DNA of 64,000 nt from an uncultured delta proteobacterium (GTDB lineage: Bacteria > Myxococcota_A > UBA9160 > UBA4427). Made by a program: the position numbers and the translations under genes. The stretch is from assembly GCA_963822965.1 (NCBI GenBank), contig CAWGJT010000012.1, forward strand, positions 192,001 through 256,000, given 5' to 3'. Every line of letters starts with the position of its first letter. Positions within the stretch are counted from its first letter, which is position 1. The notes beneath the pieces were generated by a model that was not told the origin of the DNA, ran no database searches, and worked only from the letters and a program-made list of their open reading frames with translations. This document shows, piece after piece, positions 41,903-50,651 of the stretch.

Positions 41903-43240
41903 CTACGAGAACAGCCCCACGATCGCGTGCCAGGTGGCGGGCACCGAGTGCCACAGCACGAAGAGCAGCACGACGGGCACCGCGAAGCGCAGCAGCAGGA
42001 GCCAGAGGCCGAGCCAGCCCTGCCGCCCGCCGGCCCGCGCCTGCTCCACCGGATCCTTCATCACCCAGCCCACGAACACCGCGAGCCCGAGGCCGCCGCC
42101 CACCAGGAAGAGGTTGTTGGCCACCGAGTCCATCACGCCGAGGACATCGGTGCTCCAGGCGGACACGGCCCCGAGCGCCGTGATGGCGGCGCCGGTGATG
42201 AGCGCGGCGGTGTGGCGGGCCCAGCCCAGACCGTCCATGGTGGCGGAGACCACCACCTCGAGCAGCGAGATCGCCGACGTCAGGGCGCCCACCACCAGGG
42301 CGACGAAGAAGCAGAAGCCCACGACGCGCCCCGCCACGCCCATGCCCGCGAACGCCTTGGGCAACGCCACGAAGAGCGCGCCGATGGTGCTGCCCGAGAC
42401 GTCCCCCTGCAGCCCCAGGGCGAAGATCAGCGGGAACACCATCAGGCCGGCCACGAAGGCCACGCCGAAGTCCGCGCCGGCGATGATGGCCGACTCGGCG
42501 GGCAGGTCGTTGTCCCGGCTCAGGTAGCTCGCGTAGGTGAGCATCGCGCCCATGCCGAGGCTCAGGCTGAAGAAGGCCTGGCCGGCCGCGTCGATCACCA
42601 CCTGGGCGGACAGGGCGTTCGTGAAGTCGGCGTTCAGATAGTAGGCGTAGCCGGGGCCGGCACCGTCGAGGGTGGCGGCGTAGAGGGCGATGCCGATCAC
42701 GAGCGCGAAGAGCGCCGGCATGGCGACGAGGGAGACGCGCTCGATGCCCGTCGTGACGCCGCTCCACACGATGGCGACCGTGGCCGCCATGAAGGCCACG
42801 TGGAACCCGAAGGCGCCCGGCCCCTGGCTGATCTCGCCGAAGTGCGAGGCCGTGTCGGCCCCGAAGCCCGTCAGGGCCTCGCCCGCGTAGCGCACCGTCC
42901 AGCCGGCGATGACGCTGTAGTACGAGAGGATGAGAAAGCCCGCGACGACGAAGACGAAGCCCAGGGCCTTCCAGGCCGGGCTGCCCCCCGCCTCCTGTGC
43001 GAAGTGGGCCAGGGCCTGGATGGGGCTCTTGCCGGCGCCCCGGCCGATGGTGAGCTCCGCCAGCATCACCGGCAGGCCGACGATCAGGGTGAAGCCCAGG
43101 TAGAGCGCCACGAAGGCGGCGCCCCCGCTCTCCGCCGTGAGATACGAGAAGCGCCACATGTTGCCGAGCCCGACCGCCGAGCCGATGGCGGCCAGGATGA
43201 AGCCGGCCTTGCTGTTCCACTGCTCGCGCGAAGCGGCCAT
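41903..43240 (-). CDS. Sodium-dependent transporter (NSS/SNF family)
   Basis: REQW.S..GFILAAIGSAVGLGNMWRF, QAFFSLSLGMG, TSAISLLE. Confidence 0.93.
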   Translation of the reverse strand: MAASREQWNSKAGFILAAIGSAVGLGNMWRFSYLTAESGGAAFVALYLGFTLIVGLPVMLAELTIGRGAGKSPIQALAHFAQEAGGSPAWKALGFVFVVAGFLILSYYSVIAGWTVRYAGEALTGFGADTASHFGEISQGPGAFGFHVAFMAATVAIVWSGVTTGIERVSLVAMPALFALVIGIALYAATLDGAGPGYAYYLNADFTNALSAQVVIDAAGQAFFSLSLGMGAMLTYASYLSRDNDLPAESAIIAGADFGVAFVAGLMVFPLIFALGLQGDVSGSTIGALFVALPKAFAGMGVAGRVVGFCFFVALVVGALTSAISLLEVVVSATMDGLGWARHTAALITGAAITALGAVSAWSTDVLGVMDSVANNLFLVGGGLGLAVFVGWVMKDPVEQARAGGRQGWLGLWLLLLRFAVPVVLLFVLWHSVPATWHAIVGLFS

Positions 43241-43332
43241 TCCTCTCTCCCCCCGAAGAGAAACTCCGCGGGAAGATAGAGGCCGACCCCGTCGCGCGCA
43301 GGGCTATTCGGGCTGCGGCGCGTCCCTCCCAA

Positions 43333-43391
43333 GAGGACGACGCTCGGCGTCGTCCTCGGGTTGCAAGTCAGCGCCCCAGCGGGGCGCTGAC
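43333..43391. terminator. Two adjacent perfect 11-bp hairpins downstream of the amidohydrolase gene
   Basis: GAGGACGACGC-TCG-GCGTCGTCCTC (43333-43357) and GTCAGCGCCCC-AGC-GGGGCGCTGAC (43367-43391). Confidence 0.55.
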
Positions 43392-43394
43392 CGC

Positions 43395-44576
43395 TCAGGA
43401 GCGGAACTCGCTCCGGGACGGGCCGATCTGGGCCGCCAGCGGTCGCAGCTTCTCGACGTCGAAGCCGTAGAAATCCGCGAGGTTGCCGCCGAGGATGGCC
43501 GCGATCTCGTCCTCGGGCAGATCCAGGAAGGTGTCCCGCATCTGCGAACGCGTGACGGGCCACGAGCCCTCGGGATGCGGGTAGTCGCTCCCCCAGGCCA
43601 TGTTGCCGACGCCGATCTCGTAGCGCATCTCGGCCTCGCGCCGCGGCATGCACGACGCGCCCACCATCACGTTGCGCCGGAAGTAGTCCGAGGGCTTCAT
43701 CGAGAGATGGCTGGTGTAGTCGCCGAGCTTCGCGCTGTAGGGCGTGTCCGCATAGCGGAAGTCCAGCAGCCGCAGGTACTCGGGCACCCACACGGAGGTG
43801 CCCTCGGTGATCATCAGCTTCAGCTTCGGGAAGCGTTCGAAGACCCCGCCCCACAGCAGGAAGGTGAGCGGACGGTAGGCGAACCAGGCCACCTCGCTGA
43901 TGTAGATGCCCATCATGCCGAGTCCCTCGCCGTAGTCCTCCATCGGCGCGGCCCCGGAGTGGAGGTTCACGATGATGCCCGTGTCCTGGCAGGCGGCCCA
44001 CACCGGGTCGTACTTCGGGTGGTGGTAGGCCGGCAGCTTCCCCCAGCGCGTGGGGATGAGGATGCCCCGGAGACCGTGCTCCGCCGCCCAGTGCACCTCC
44101 TTCACGGCTTCGTCCACGTCCCACAGCATCGGACAGATGGCGACGCCGGCCCGGCGCTCGGGCGCCAGCTGGCACAGCTCCGCCAGCCAGCGGTTGTGGG
44201 CGCGGGCGCCGGCCCACTGCAGCTCGGGCACGATCGGGTCCTCGGTGGGCAGCGAGAGACCGGCGCCGAACGGCGGCATGTTCATCTCGGTGATGCCGTC
44301 CGGGTAGATGACCTCGCCGGCGATGCCGTCCCCGTCGAGCACCTTGATGCGCTCGTCATGGTCCCAGGCGCCGGTGAGGGGCTTCTCGACCCCCTTCCGC
44401 CACTCGGCGTTGATGTCCGCCACCAGGAACTTCTGGGCGGCCTTCTGGGTCTCCTCGATCTGGATCGGCAGCGCCACGTCGAAGGCGTCGCGGTACTGGG
44501 GATCGAGGTAGTCGCGATACTGCTCCGGCGGCAGCCCCGCGTGACAGTCCGAGGAGAGGACGAGGTAGCGATCCAT
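43395..44576 (-). CDS. Amidohydrolase_2-family metal-dependent hydrolase
   Basis: SSDCHAG, HNRWLAE, NLHSG, GVFERFP.LK..TEG, WGSDYPHPEG. Confidence 0.9.
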   Translation of the reverse strand: MDRYLVLSSDCHAGLPPEQYRDYLDPQYRDAFDVALPIQIEETQKAAQKFLVADINAEWRKGVEKPLTGAWDHDERIKVLDGDGIAGEVIYPDGITEMNMPPFGAGLSLPTEDPIVPELQWAGARAHNRWLAELCQLAPERRAGVAICPMLWDVDEAVKEVHWAAEHGLRGILIPTRWGKLPAYHHPKYDPVWAACQDTGIIVNLHSGAAPMEDYGEGLGMMGIYISEVAWFAYRPLTFLLWGGVFERFPKLKLMITEGTSVWVPEYLRLLDFRYADTPYSAKLGDYTSHLSMKPSDYFRRNVMVGASCMPRREAEMRYEIGVGNMAWGSDYPHPEGSWPVTRSQMRDTFLDLPEDEIAAILGGNLADFYGFDVEKLRPLAAQIGPSRSEFRS

Positions 44577-44578
44577 CT

Positions 44579-45574
44579 TCAGGCCTCCTGCTTCCGGACG
44601 GTGCCCGGCTGCTGACTGGGGGCGCCCGGCTGCTGACTGGGAGAGTAGAACTGCTTGATCCACTTCCGGAACTCCACCAGGTAGGTGTCGGCCTCGCAGA
44701 AGACCGGCTCCGCCCGGTGGATCTTGTTCTTCCAGATTCGGAAGTCGTCCTTCACGCCGTTGGTGATCCCGTCGATCCAGTCCTCGCCCGCGAGGTCCAT
44801 GGCGTTGTTGGTGGCGATCAGCGCCCAGCGCGAGAACGACGTGTGGCGGTCGACGGGGGTCGTCGAGGAGAACATGAAGAGCCCCACCCCCGGAATGCCG
44901 CGGCTCTCCACCGTCGCGTGTCCGATGCACTCGGCCTCGCGCAGGAGCGACATGTCGAAGGTGCCCATGGGCGTCTCCTGCTGGCTGTAGGAGACGGCCT
45001 TCAGCAGCCGTCCGTCCTCCTCCAGGGAGATCTCCTGGTCGGGTACCTCGACCATCGAGTGCACGTAGCGGAAGTGGACCGGGTCCATGTTGTTCTCGGC
45101 CATGTCCTGCACGTGCACCGGCACCTCCATCTCGAAGGTGCGCACCGCCGACCAGGCCGGGTCTTCGAAGTGGGGGCACGGCTTCACGCGCCAGGAGGGC
45201 GGCTTCTGCTCGGCGTGGTGCCACACCATGATCATGTGGTTCACCTCGTCCACTTCCCAGGCCCGCTGTCGCGCCTTCTTGGGCACGCGCGCGCAGTAGG
45301 GAATCGCGACGCACTCGCCCGTCTCGCCGTCGTACTCCCACGCGTGGAACGGGCAGCGCACGTTCTCCCCCGAAACGCGCCCGCCCTCGGCGAGATGGGC
45401 ACCGAGATGCGAGCAGTAGGCGGAGAGCACGCGCGCCCGGCCGGAACGAGTGCGGAAGAGCACGAGCTCCTCCTCGAAGGCGCGAACGCGCTTCACCTCG
45501 CCCACGGCGACGTCCTTGCTCCAGGCCACCGCGTACCAGCCGTTCGGGATTCCCGGCCTCATGTCGGGGTCCAT
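44579..45574 (-). CDS. Rieske non-heme iron oxygenase (KshA/neverland-like)
   Basis: CSHLGAHL...CPFHAW Rieske motif; ENNMDPVHFRYVH iron site; D.RIW.NK. Confidence 0.88.
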   Translation of the reverse strand: MDPDMRPGIPNGWYAVAWSKDVAVGEVKRVRAFEEELVLFRTRSGRARVLSAYCSHLGAHLAEGGRVSGENVRCPFHAWEYDGETGECVAIPYCARVPKKARQRAWEVDEVNHMIMVWHHAEQKPPSWRVKPCPHFEDPAWSAVRTFEMEVPVHVQDMAENNMDPVHFRYVHSMVEVPDQEISLEEDGRLLKAVSYSQQETPMGTFDMSLLREAECIGHATVESRGIPGVGLFMFSSTTPVDRHTSFSRWALIATNNAMDLAGEDWIDGITNGVKDDFRIWKNKIHRAEPVFCEADTYLVEFRKWIKQFYSPSQQPGAPSQQPGTVRKQEA

Positions 45575-45576
45575 CT

Positions 45577-46281
45577 TCACTCCCTCCCTTGCGCGCGGGC
45601 GGCCTCGCGGACCGTCTCGCGAACCATGGCGTCGACGAGGAAACGGGCGGTCTCGAGGGCCCGCGCGTGCAGCGGGTAGTCGTCGAGGTTCGCCCAATTG
45701 AACATCAGCACGTAGTACGCGCCCATCAGCATCTCGGTGAGGGTCTCGGGGCTGTGGCGATCGGTCAGGTCGCCGGCCAGCAGACCGTCCCGCACGATGG
45801 CGCCGAAGGCCTCGTGGAGCTTGCGGGCCTGCTCGGGCTCGTTGCCGTCCTCGTGGGCGGTCCGCACGATCTCGAGCAGAAGCTCGCGCTGCATGGGCCC
45901 GGCCTCGGCGGCGTGCTCGGCCACCTGGGCGAAGAAGAGCCCGATGCGCTCGGCCGAGGATCCGCCCTGCTTGCGCGCTTCGTCGATGTGTCCGAGCAGC
46001 TGCTCGACGCTGTAGCGCGCGATCTCGCGCAGCAGCTCGGGCTTCGACTGGAAGTGGTTGAAGAAGGTCTTCTGGGCGACGTCCGCCAGATCGCAGATCT
46101 CGCCCACGGTGGTCTGCTCGATGCCCTTCTGCTGGAAGAGGCTCACGCTCGCCTCGAGGATGCGCGCCCGCACCTCGAGCTTGCGCCGCTCGCGCCGGCT
46201 GAGATCGCCGGCATCGGCGCGGTCCGCCAGCTCGCCGAGCAGGAACTCACCGGGATCGCTGGAAACGCGAGGAGCCGCCAT
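45577..46281 (-). CDS. TetR/AcrR-family transcriptional regulator
   Basis: RRERRK..R.RIL....LF...G...TT...I...ADVA..TFFNHF.SK helix-turn-helix. Confidence 0.92.
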   Translation of the reverse strand: MAAPRVSSDPGEFLLGELADRADAGDLSRRERRKLEVRARILEASVSLFQQKGIEQTTVGEICDLADVAQKTFFNHFQSKPELLREIARYSVEQLLGHIDEARKQGGSSAERIGLFFAQVAEHAAEAGPMQRELLLEIVRTAHEDGNEPEQARKLHEAFGAIVRDGLLAGDLTDRHSPETLTEMLMGAYYVLMFNWANLDDYPLHARALETARFLVDAMVRETVREAARAQGRE

Positions 46282-46327
46282 GGCCTGGGAGTCTGACAAA
46301 CGTACAGACAACTGCAAGCTTACAGGC

Positions 46328-46360
46328 GAGTGCCAATCCAGAGGGGTGTTGCTGGCACTC
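46328..46360. promoter_or_regulatory. Inverted repeat in the AT-richer divergent promoter region (candidate operator)
   Basis: GAGTGCCA-N17-TGGCACTC between tetR and the radical SAM gene. Confidence 0.4.
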
Positions 46361-46385
46361 TGTTTTCGCCTTACTTTCGTCATTC

Positions 46386-47495
46386 ATGATCACCCCCCAT
46401 CCCACCGGACCCGGCGCGGGGATCCGCGGTCGCGGCGCCGCCGACAACCCGACGAACCGCTTCGAGCGCCTGGCCTACGAGCGCGAGCCCGACGGCGATG
46501 CGACGTCCCTCGAGGACGGGGACGGGGACGGGACGGGGCCCCCGCCGCCTGCCACGGTCTACCTGCGCGACCCCAGCCGTACGATTCTGGCCCGCAACGA
46601 CAGCCCGGACGTGGGCTTCGACGTGAGCCTCAATCCCTATCGCGGCTGCGAGCACGGCTGCGCGTACTGCTATGCACGGCCCACCCACGAGTACCTGGGG
46701 TTCTCGTCGGGGCTCGACTTCGAGACCCGCATCCTGGTGAAGGAGGCGGCGCCCGAGCTCCTGCGGCGGGAGCTGGCCGCGAAGCGCTGGCGGCCCCAGG
46801 TGGTGGGGATGTGCGGGGTCACCGATCCCTATCAACCCATCGAGCGGCGCCTCGGGCTCACCCGCCGCTGCCTGCAGGTGTTCGCGGAGTTCCGGAACCC
46901 GGTCCAGATGATCACCAAGAACGCGCTCATCGCCCGGGACGCGGATCTGCTGGCCGAGCTGGCCGCGCACGGCGCCGCCTCCGCGTGCGTCTCCATCACC
47001 ACCCTCGACCCGAAGCTCCACCGGCAGATGGAGCCGCGGGCGTCGCACCCGGCGCAGCGCCTGCGGGCGGTGCGCGCCCTGGCTGAGGCGGGCGTGCCGG
47101 TGGGGGTGATGGTGGCGCCGGTGGTCCCCGGGCTCACCGACCACGAGATGCCCGCCATCCTCGCCGCCGCCCGGGAGGCGGGGGCGGGCTTCGCGGGCCA
47201 CATCGTGCTGCGGCTGCCGCGCAACGTGAAGGAGCTCTTCGCGTCGTGGCTCGAGCGGCACCACCCCGAGCGCAAGGACAAGGTGCTGAACCGCCTTCGC
47301 GCCCTGCGCGGGGGCGCCCTCGACGACCCGCGCTTCGGCACGCGCATGAGGGGCACGGGCATCTACGCCGCCCAGATCCGAGACCTCTTCGAGCTGTCCT
47401 GCCGCCGGGCCGGCTTCGACGAGGGCGCGTCGCGGCCCGCGCTCTCCACCGCCGCCTTCCGGCGACCGGGAGACGCCCAGCTCGCGCTCTTCTGA
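46386..47495 (+). CDS. Radical SAM protein, PA0069/Rv2578c family
   Basis: NPYRGCEHGCAYCYARPTHEY, TDPYQPIE, EPRAS, QLALF C-terminus. Confidence 0.92.
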   Translation: MITPHPTGPGAGIRGRGAADNPTNRFERLAYEREPDGDATSLEDGDGDGTGPPPPATVYLRDPSRTILARNDSPDVGFDVSLNPYRGCEHGCAYCYARPTHEYLGFSSGLDFETRILVKEAAPELLRRELAAKRWRPQVVGMCGVTDPYQPIERRLGLTRRCLQVFAEFRNPVQMITKNALIARDADLLAELAAHGAASACVSITTLDPKLHRQMEPRASHPAQRLRAVRALAEAGVPVGVMVAPVVPGLTDHEMPAILAAAREAGAGFAGHIVLRLPRNVKELFASWLERHHPERKDKVLNRLRALRGGALDDPRFGTRMRGTGIYAAQIRDLFELSCRRAGFDEGASRPALSTAAFRRPGDAQLALF

Positions 47496-47525
47496 AGCCG
47501 GCTTCGGCCGCACGGCGCATCCCCA

Positions 47526-47620
47526 CCGCCCATCCGGTTTCGGCCGCCTCCGCCCATCCGGTTTCGGCCGCCTCCGCCCATCCGGTTTCGGCCGCCTCCG
47601 CCCATCCGGCTTCGGCCGGC
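47526..47620. repeat. Intergenic tandem repeat, 24-bp unit x4
   Basis: CCGCCCATCCGGTTTCGGCCGCCT at 47526, 47550 and 47574, variant at 47598. Confidence 0.95.
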
Positions 47621-47676
47621 GCGCGCTCGCGCTGCGCTACCACTGCGGAAGGGAGACGGAGCGGAATGGAAGGGAG

Positions 47677-49503
47677 ATGAAGGGAGAGCCGGCCGCGTCG
47701 TCCGGAAGCGAGCTCGCGCGCCGCCTGGAGGCGCTCGACGGACGCGGCTACCGCGCCTACCACGACGTGCGCGGCCGCCATGCCCTGGGCGACCTCGAGC
47801 TCTTCGTCGATCACGTGCAGGGCGACCCGTTCGCCGCCCCCTCGACCCTGCGGGTGCGCATCCCGATGCAGCGGGCGAGGCTTCCCGCCGCGCTCTTCGA
47901 GACGGGCGTGCGTCGCATGGCGCTGGCGGACTTCCTGGCCCGGCGGGCGCGGGAGAGCCTCGCCACGCCGGGAGGGCCGGCCGCCGGCAGCGGCCGCAGC
48001 GGCAGCGTCGCGGTGGACGCCGGCGGTCAAGCGGTGCTCGAGCGCAGCGCCGTGGTGATCACCTCCGACTTCGTGGAGCTGCGTCTCGAGGCGGGCCTGC
48101 CGGCCCGGGGACGCCGCATCCTCGGGCGCGCCGCCGCGCGGCTCCTCACCGGGACGATTCCCGAAGGCGCGCGGCGCGCGCTGCTGTGGGAGAGCCTGGA
48201 CGCCGACGCCGCGCGGGACTTCGTCCACTGCGTGGAGAACCAGGAGCACGTGCGCGGCCGGCTGCGCGCGTTGGGGCTCGTGGCGCTCGTGGGGGACGGA
48301 GCCTGCCTGCCGCGGGAGAGCGGTGCCAGCGATCGCCCCCTGACCCGCGGCGTGGTGCCCTTCGCATCGCCGCCGTCGCTCGCGGTGCGCATCCCCGTCC
48401 CGAACCCGCTGCCGGGCGGCGCCGGGAGCGAGCTGGTGGGCATGGGAATTCCGCGCGGCGTCACCCTCGTCGTGGGCGGTGGCTACCACGGCAAGTCGAC
48501 CCTGCTCCAGGCCCTCGCCCGCTGCGTCCACCCCCACGTCCCGGGCGACGGGCGCGAGCACGTGGTGTCCGACGCGGGCCTCGTGAAGGTGCGCGCCGAG
48601 GACGGGCGCCGGGTGGAGCGGGTGGACATCCACGGCTTCGTGTCGTCCCTGCCGGGCGGCGGCGATACCCGCGCCTTCTCGAGCGAGGACGCCAGCGGGT
48701 CGACCAGCCAGGCGGCGGCCATCGTCGAGGCGATGGAGGCGGGCGCGACCGGCCTGCTGCTGGACGAGGACACCTCGGCCACGAACTTCCTGGTGCGCGA
48801 CGCGCGCATGCAGGCCCTGGTGGCGGATCGCGACGAGCCGATCACCCCGCTCGTCGACCGCGTGCGCGAGCTGTACGAGCGCTTCGGCGTCTCGACGGTG
48901 CTCGTCATGGGCGGCTCCGGCGATTACCTCGACGTGGCGGACCGGGTGATCGCCCTGCGCGCCTGGCGTCCGTTCGACGTCACCGGCGCGGCGCGAGAGA
49001 TCGCCGGCCGCATGCCGACCGGTCGAATCGCGGAGGGCGCCGAGCCCCTGACCGAGCCGGCACTGCGCGTCCCGGTGGCCGCCAGCTTCGACGCGTCCCG
49101 GGGCCGCCGGGACGTGAAGATCGACGTCCCGTCCCGGCACGAGGTGCGCTACGGGCGCGAGCGCCTGGACCTCCGCGGCGTCGAGCAGCTCGCCTGTCGC
49201 AGCCAGACCCGCGCCGTGGCGCTGGCGATCCATCTCGCGGCCCGCCAGCTCATGGGCGAGGACGTGACCCTTCGCCAGATCCTCGACGGCCTCGACGCCC
49301 TGCTCGACGAGCGGGGTCTCGACGTCCTCGACCCGCACGCGGGGGGACGCCCGACCGGCCGGCACCCCGGCAACCTGGCCCGCCCGCGCCGCTTCGAGGT
49401 CGCAGCCGCCCTCGACCGCCTGCGAGGCATGCGCGTGCGGGAGCCGGACGCCTATCCTCGGGCAGCGGCCGCGCCGGCCCCCCACCCGAGGAGATCCCCG
49501 TGA
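47677..49503 (+). CDS. P-loop ATPase of the predicted ABC-class ATPase (ABC_ATPase) family
   Basis: DHVQGDPFAAPS, Walker A GGGYHGKST, ASGSTSQAA, Walker B LLLDEDTSATNF, EPITP. Confidence 0.88.
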   Translation: MKGEPAASSGSELARRLEALDGRGYRAYHDVRGRHALGDLELFVDHVQGDPFAAPSTLRVRIPMQRARLPAALFETGVRRMALADFLARRARESLATPGGPAAGSGRSGSVAVDAGGQAVLERSAVVITSDFVELRLEAGLPARGRRILGRAAARLLTGTIPEGARRALLWESLDADAARDFVHCVENQEHVRGRLRALGLVALVGDGACLPRESGASDRPLTRGVVPFASPPSLAVRIPVPNPLPGGAGSELVGMGIPRGVTLVVGGGYHGKSTLLQALARCVHPHVPGDGREHVVSDAGLVKVRAEDGRRVERVDIHGFVSSLPGGGDTRAFSSEDASGSTSQAAAIVEAMEAGATGLLLDEDTSATNFLVRDARMQALVADRDEPITPLVDRVRELYERFGVSTVLVMGGSGDYLDVADRVIALRAWRPFDVTGAAREIAGRMPTGRIAEGAEPLTEPALRVPVAASFDASRGRRDVKIDVPSRHEVRYGRERLDLRGVEQLACRSQTRAVALAIHLAARQLMGEDVTLRQILDGLDALLDERGLDVLDPHAGGRPTGRHPGNLARPRRFEVAAALDRLRGMRVREPDAYPRAAAAPAPHPRRSP

Positions 49504-50651
49504 GCGACGCCATCCTGCCCTTCGAGATCCGGGTCCCCGACGAGGTCCTCGAGGACCTGCGCCGGCGGCTCGCCGCCACCCGCTTCCCCCAGCAGATCGA
49601 GGGCACCGGCTGGACCTACGGCGCCGAGCTCTCGTACGTGAAGGAGCTCGTCGCCTACTGGCGCGACAAGTTCGACTGGCGGGCCCAGGAGGCGGCCCTC
49701 AACCGCTTCGACCAGTTCACCACGGTGATCGACGACCAGCGCATCCACTTCATCCACGCGCGCTCGAAGCACCCGAACGCGATCCCCCTGCTGATCCTCC
49801 ACGGCTGGCCCGGCAGCGTGGTGGAGTTCATGAACGTGATCGAGCCGCTGACCGATCCCGAGGCCCACGGCGGCCACGCCGAGGACGCCTTCCACGTGAT
49901 CGCTCCCTCGCTGCCCGGCTACGGGTTCTCGGAGTTCACGAAGAGCACCGGCTACGACACCCACCGCATGGCCGAGAACTTCGCGGTGCTGATGTCGCGT
50001 CTGGGCTACGACCGCTACGGGGTCGAGGGCGGCGACTGGGGGGCGGTCACGGGCAACAGCGTGGCGATCCTCGACGCCGCCCACGTGCTGGGCCTGCACA
50101 CCACCATGCCCCTGGCCTTCCCGCCGCCGGGCCACGACCCGGCGGACCTCTCCGAGCGCGAGCAGGCCGATCTCGCCGACCTGGCCGCGTTCGATGCCAA
50201 CGGGACGGGCTACCAGAAGATCCAGGGGAGCAAGCCCCAGACCCTGGGCTTCGGGCTGAACGACTCGCCGGCCGGCCTGTGCGCCTGGATCACCGAGAAG
50301 TTCCACGGCTGGACGGACTGCGACGGACACGTGGAGAACGCCATCGACCGCGACCAGCTGCTGACCAACATCACGGTCTACTGGGTGACCGAGACGATCA
50401 CCTCGTCGGCGCGTCTGTACTACGAGACCTTCAAGAGCGGCCGGGTCGGCGTGGTGGGCGCGAAGGTGGAGGTGCCGACGGGCGTCGCCCGCTTCCCGCG
50501 CGAGATCATGCGCTTCCCGCGCAAGTGGGTGGAGCAGAGCTACAACGTCACCCACTGGACGGAGATGCCCAAGGGCGGTCACTTCGCGGCGATGGAGCAG
50601 CCCGAGCTCTTCGTGACGGACGTCCGGAAGTTCTTCAGGACCCTTCGCTGA
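49500..50651 (+). CDS. Epoxide hydrolase (microsomal EH/EHN type)
   Basis: FDWRAQE..LN, LHGWPGS, PSLPGYGFS, GGDWG, GGHFAAMEQP; GTGA overlap with the ATPase stop. Confidence 0.93.
   Translation: MSDAILPFEIRVPDEVLEDLRRRLAATRFPQQIEGTGWTYGAELSYVKELVAYWRDKFDWRAQEAALNRFDQFTTVIDDQRIHFIHARSKHPNAIPLLILHGWPGSVVEFMNVIEPLTDPEAHGGHAEDAFHVIAPSLPGYGFSEFTKSTGYDTHRMAENFAVLMSRLGYDRYGVEGGDWGAVTGNSVAILDAAHVLGLHTTMPLAFPPPGHDPADLSEREQADLADLAAFDANGTGYQKIQGSKPQTLGFGLNDSPAGLCAWITEKFHGWTDCDGHVENAIDRDQLLTNITVYWVTETITSSARLYYETFKSGRVGVVGAKVEVPTGVARFPREIMRFPRKWVEQSYNVTHWTEMPKGGHFAAMEQPELFVTDVRKFFRTLR

Noticed and set aside
46328..46360. CIRCE/HrcA operator
   Set aside because: Arm order and 17-bp spacing do not match TTAGCACTC-N9-GAGTGCTAA, and no chaperone gene is adjacent.
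47526..47620. CRISPR array
   Set aside because: The units are contiguous with no unique spacers, and no cas genes are present.
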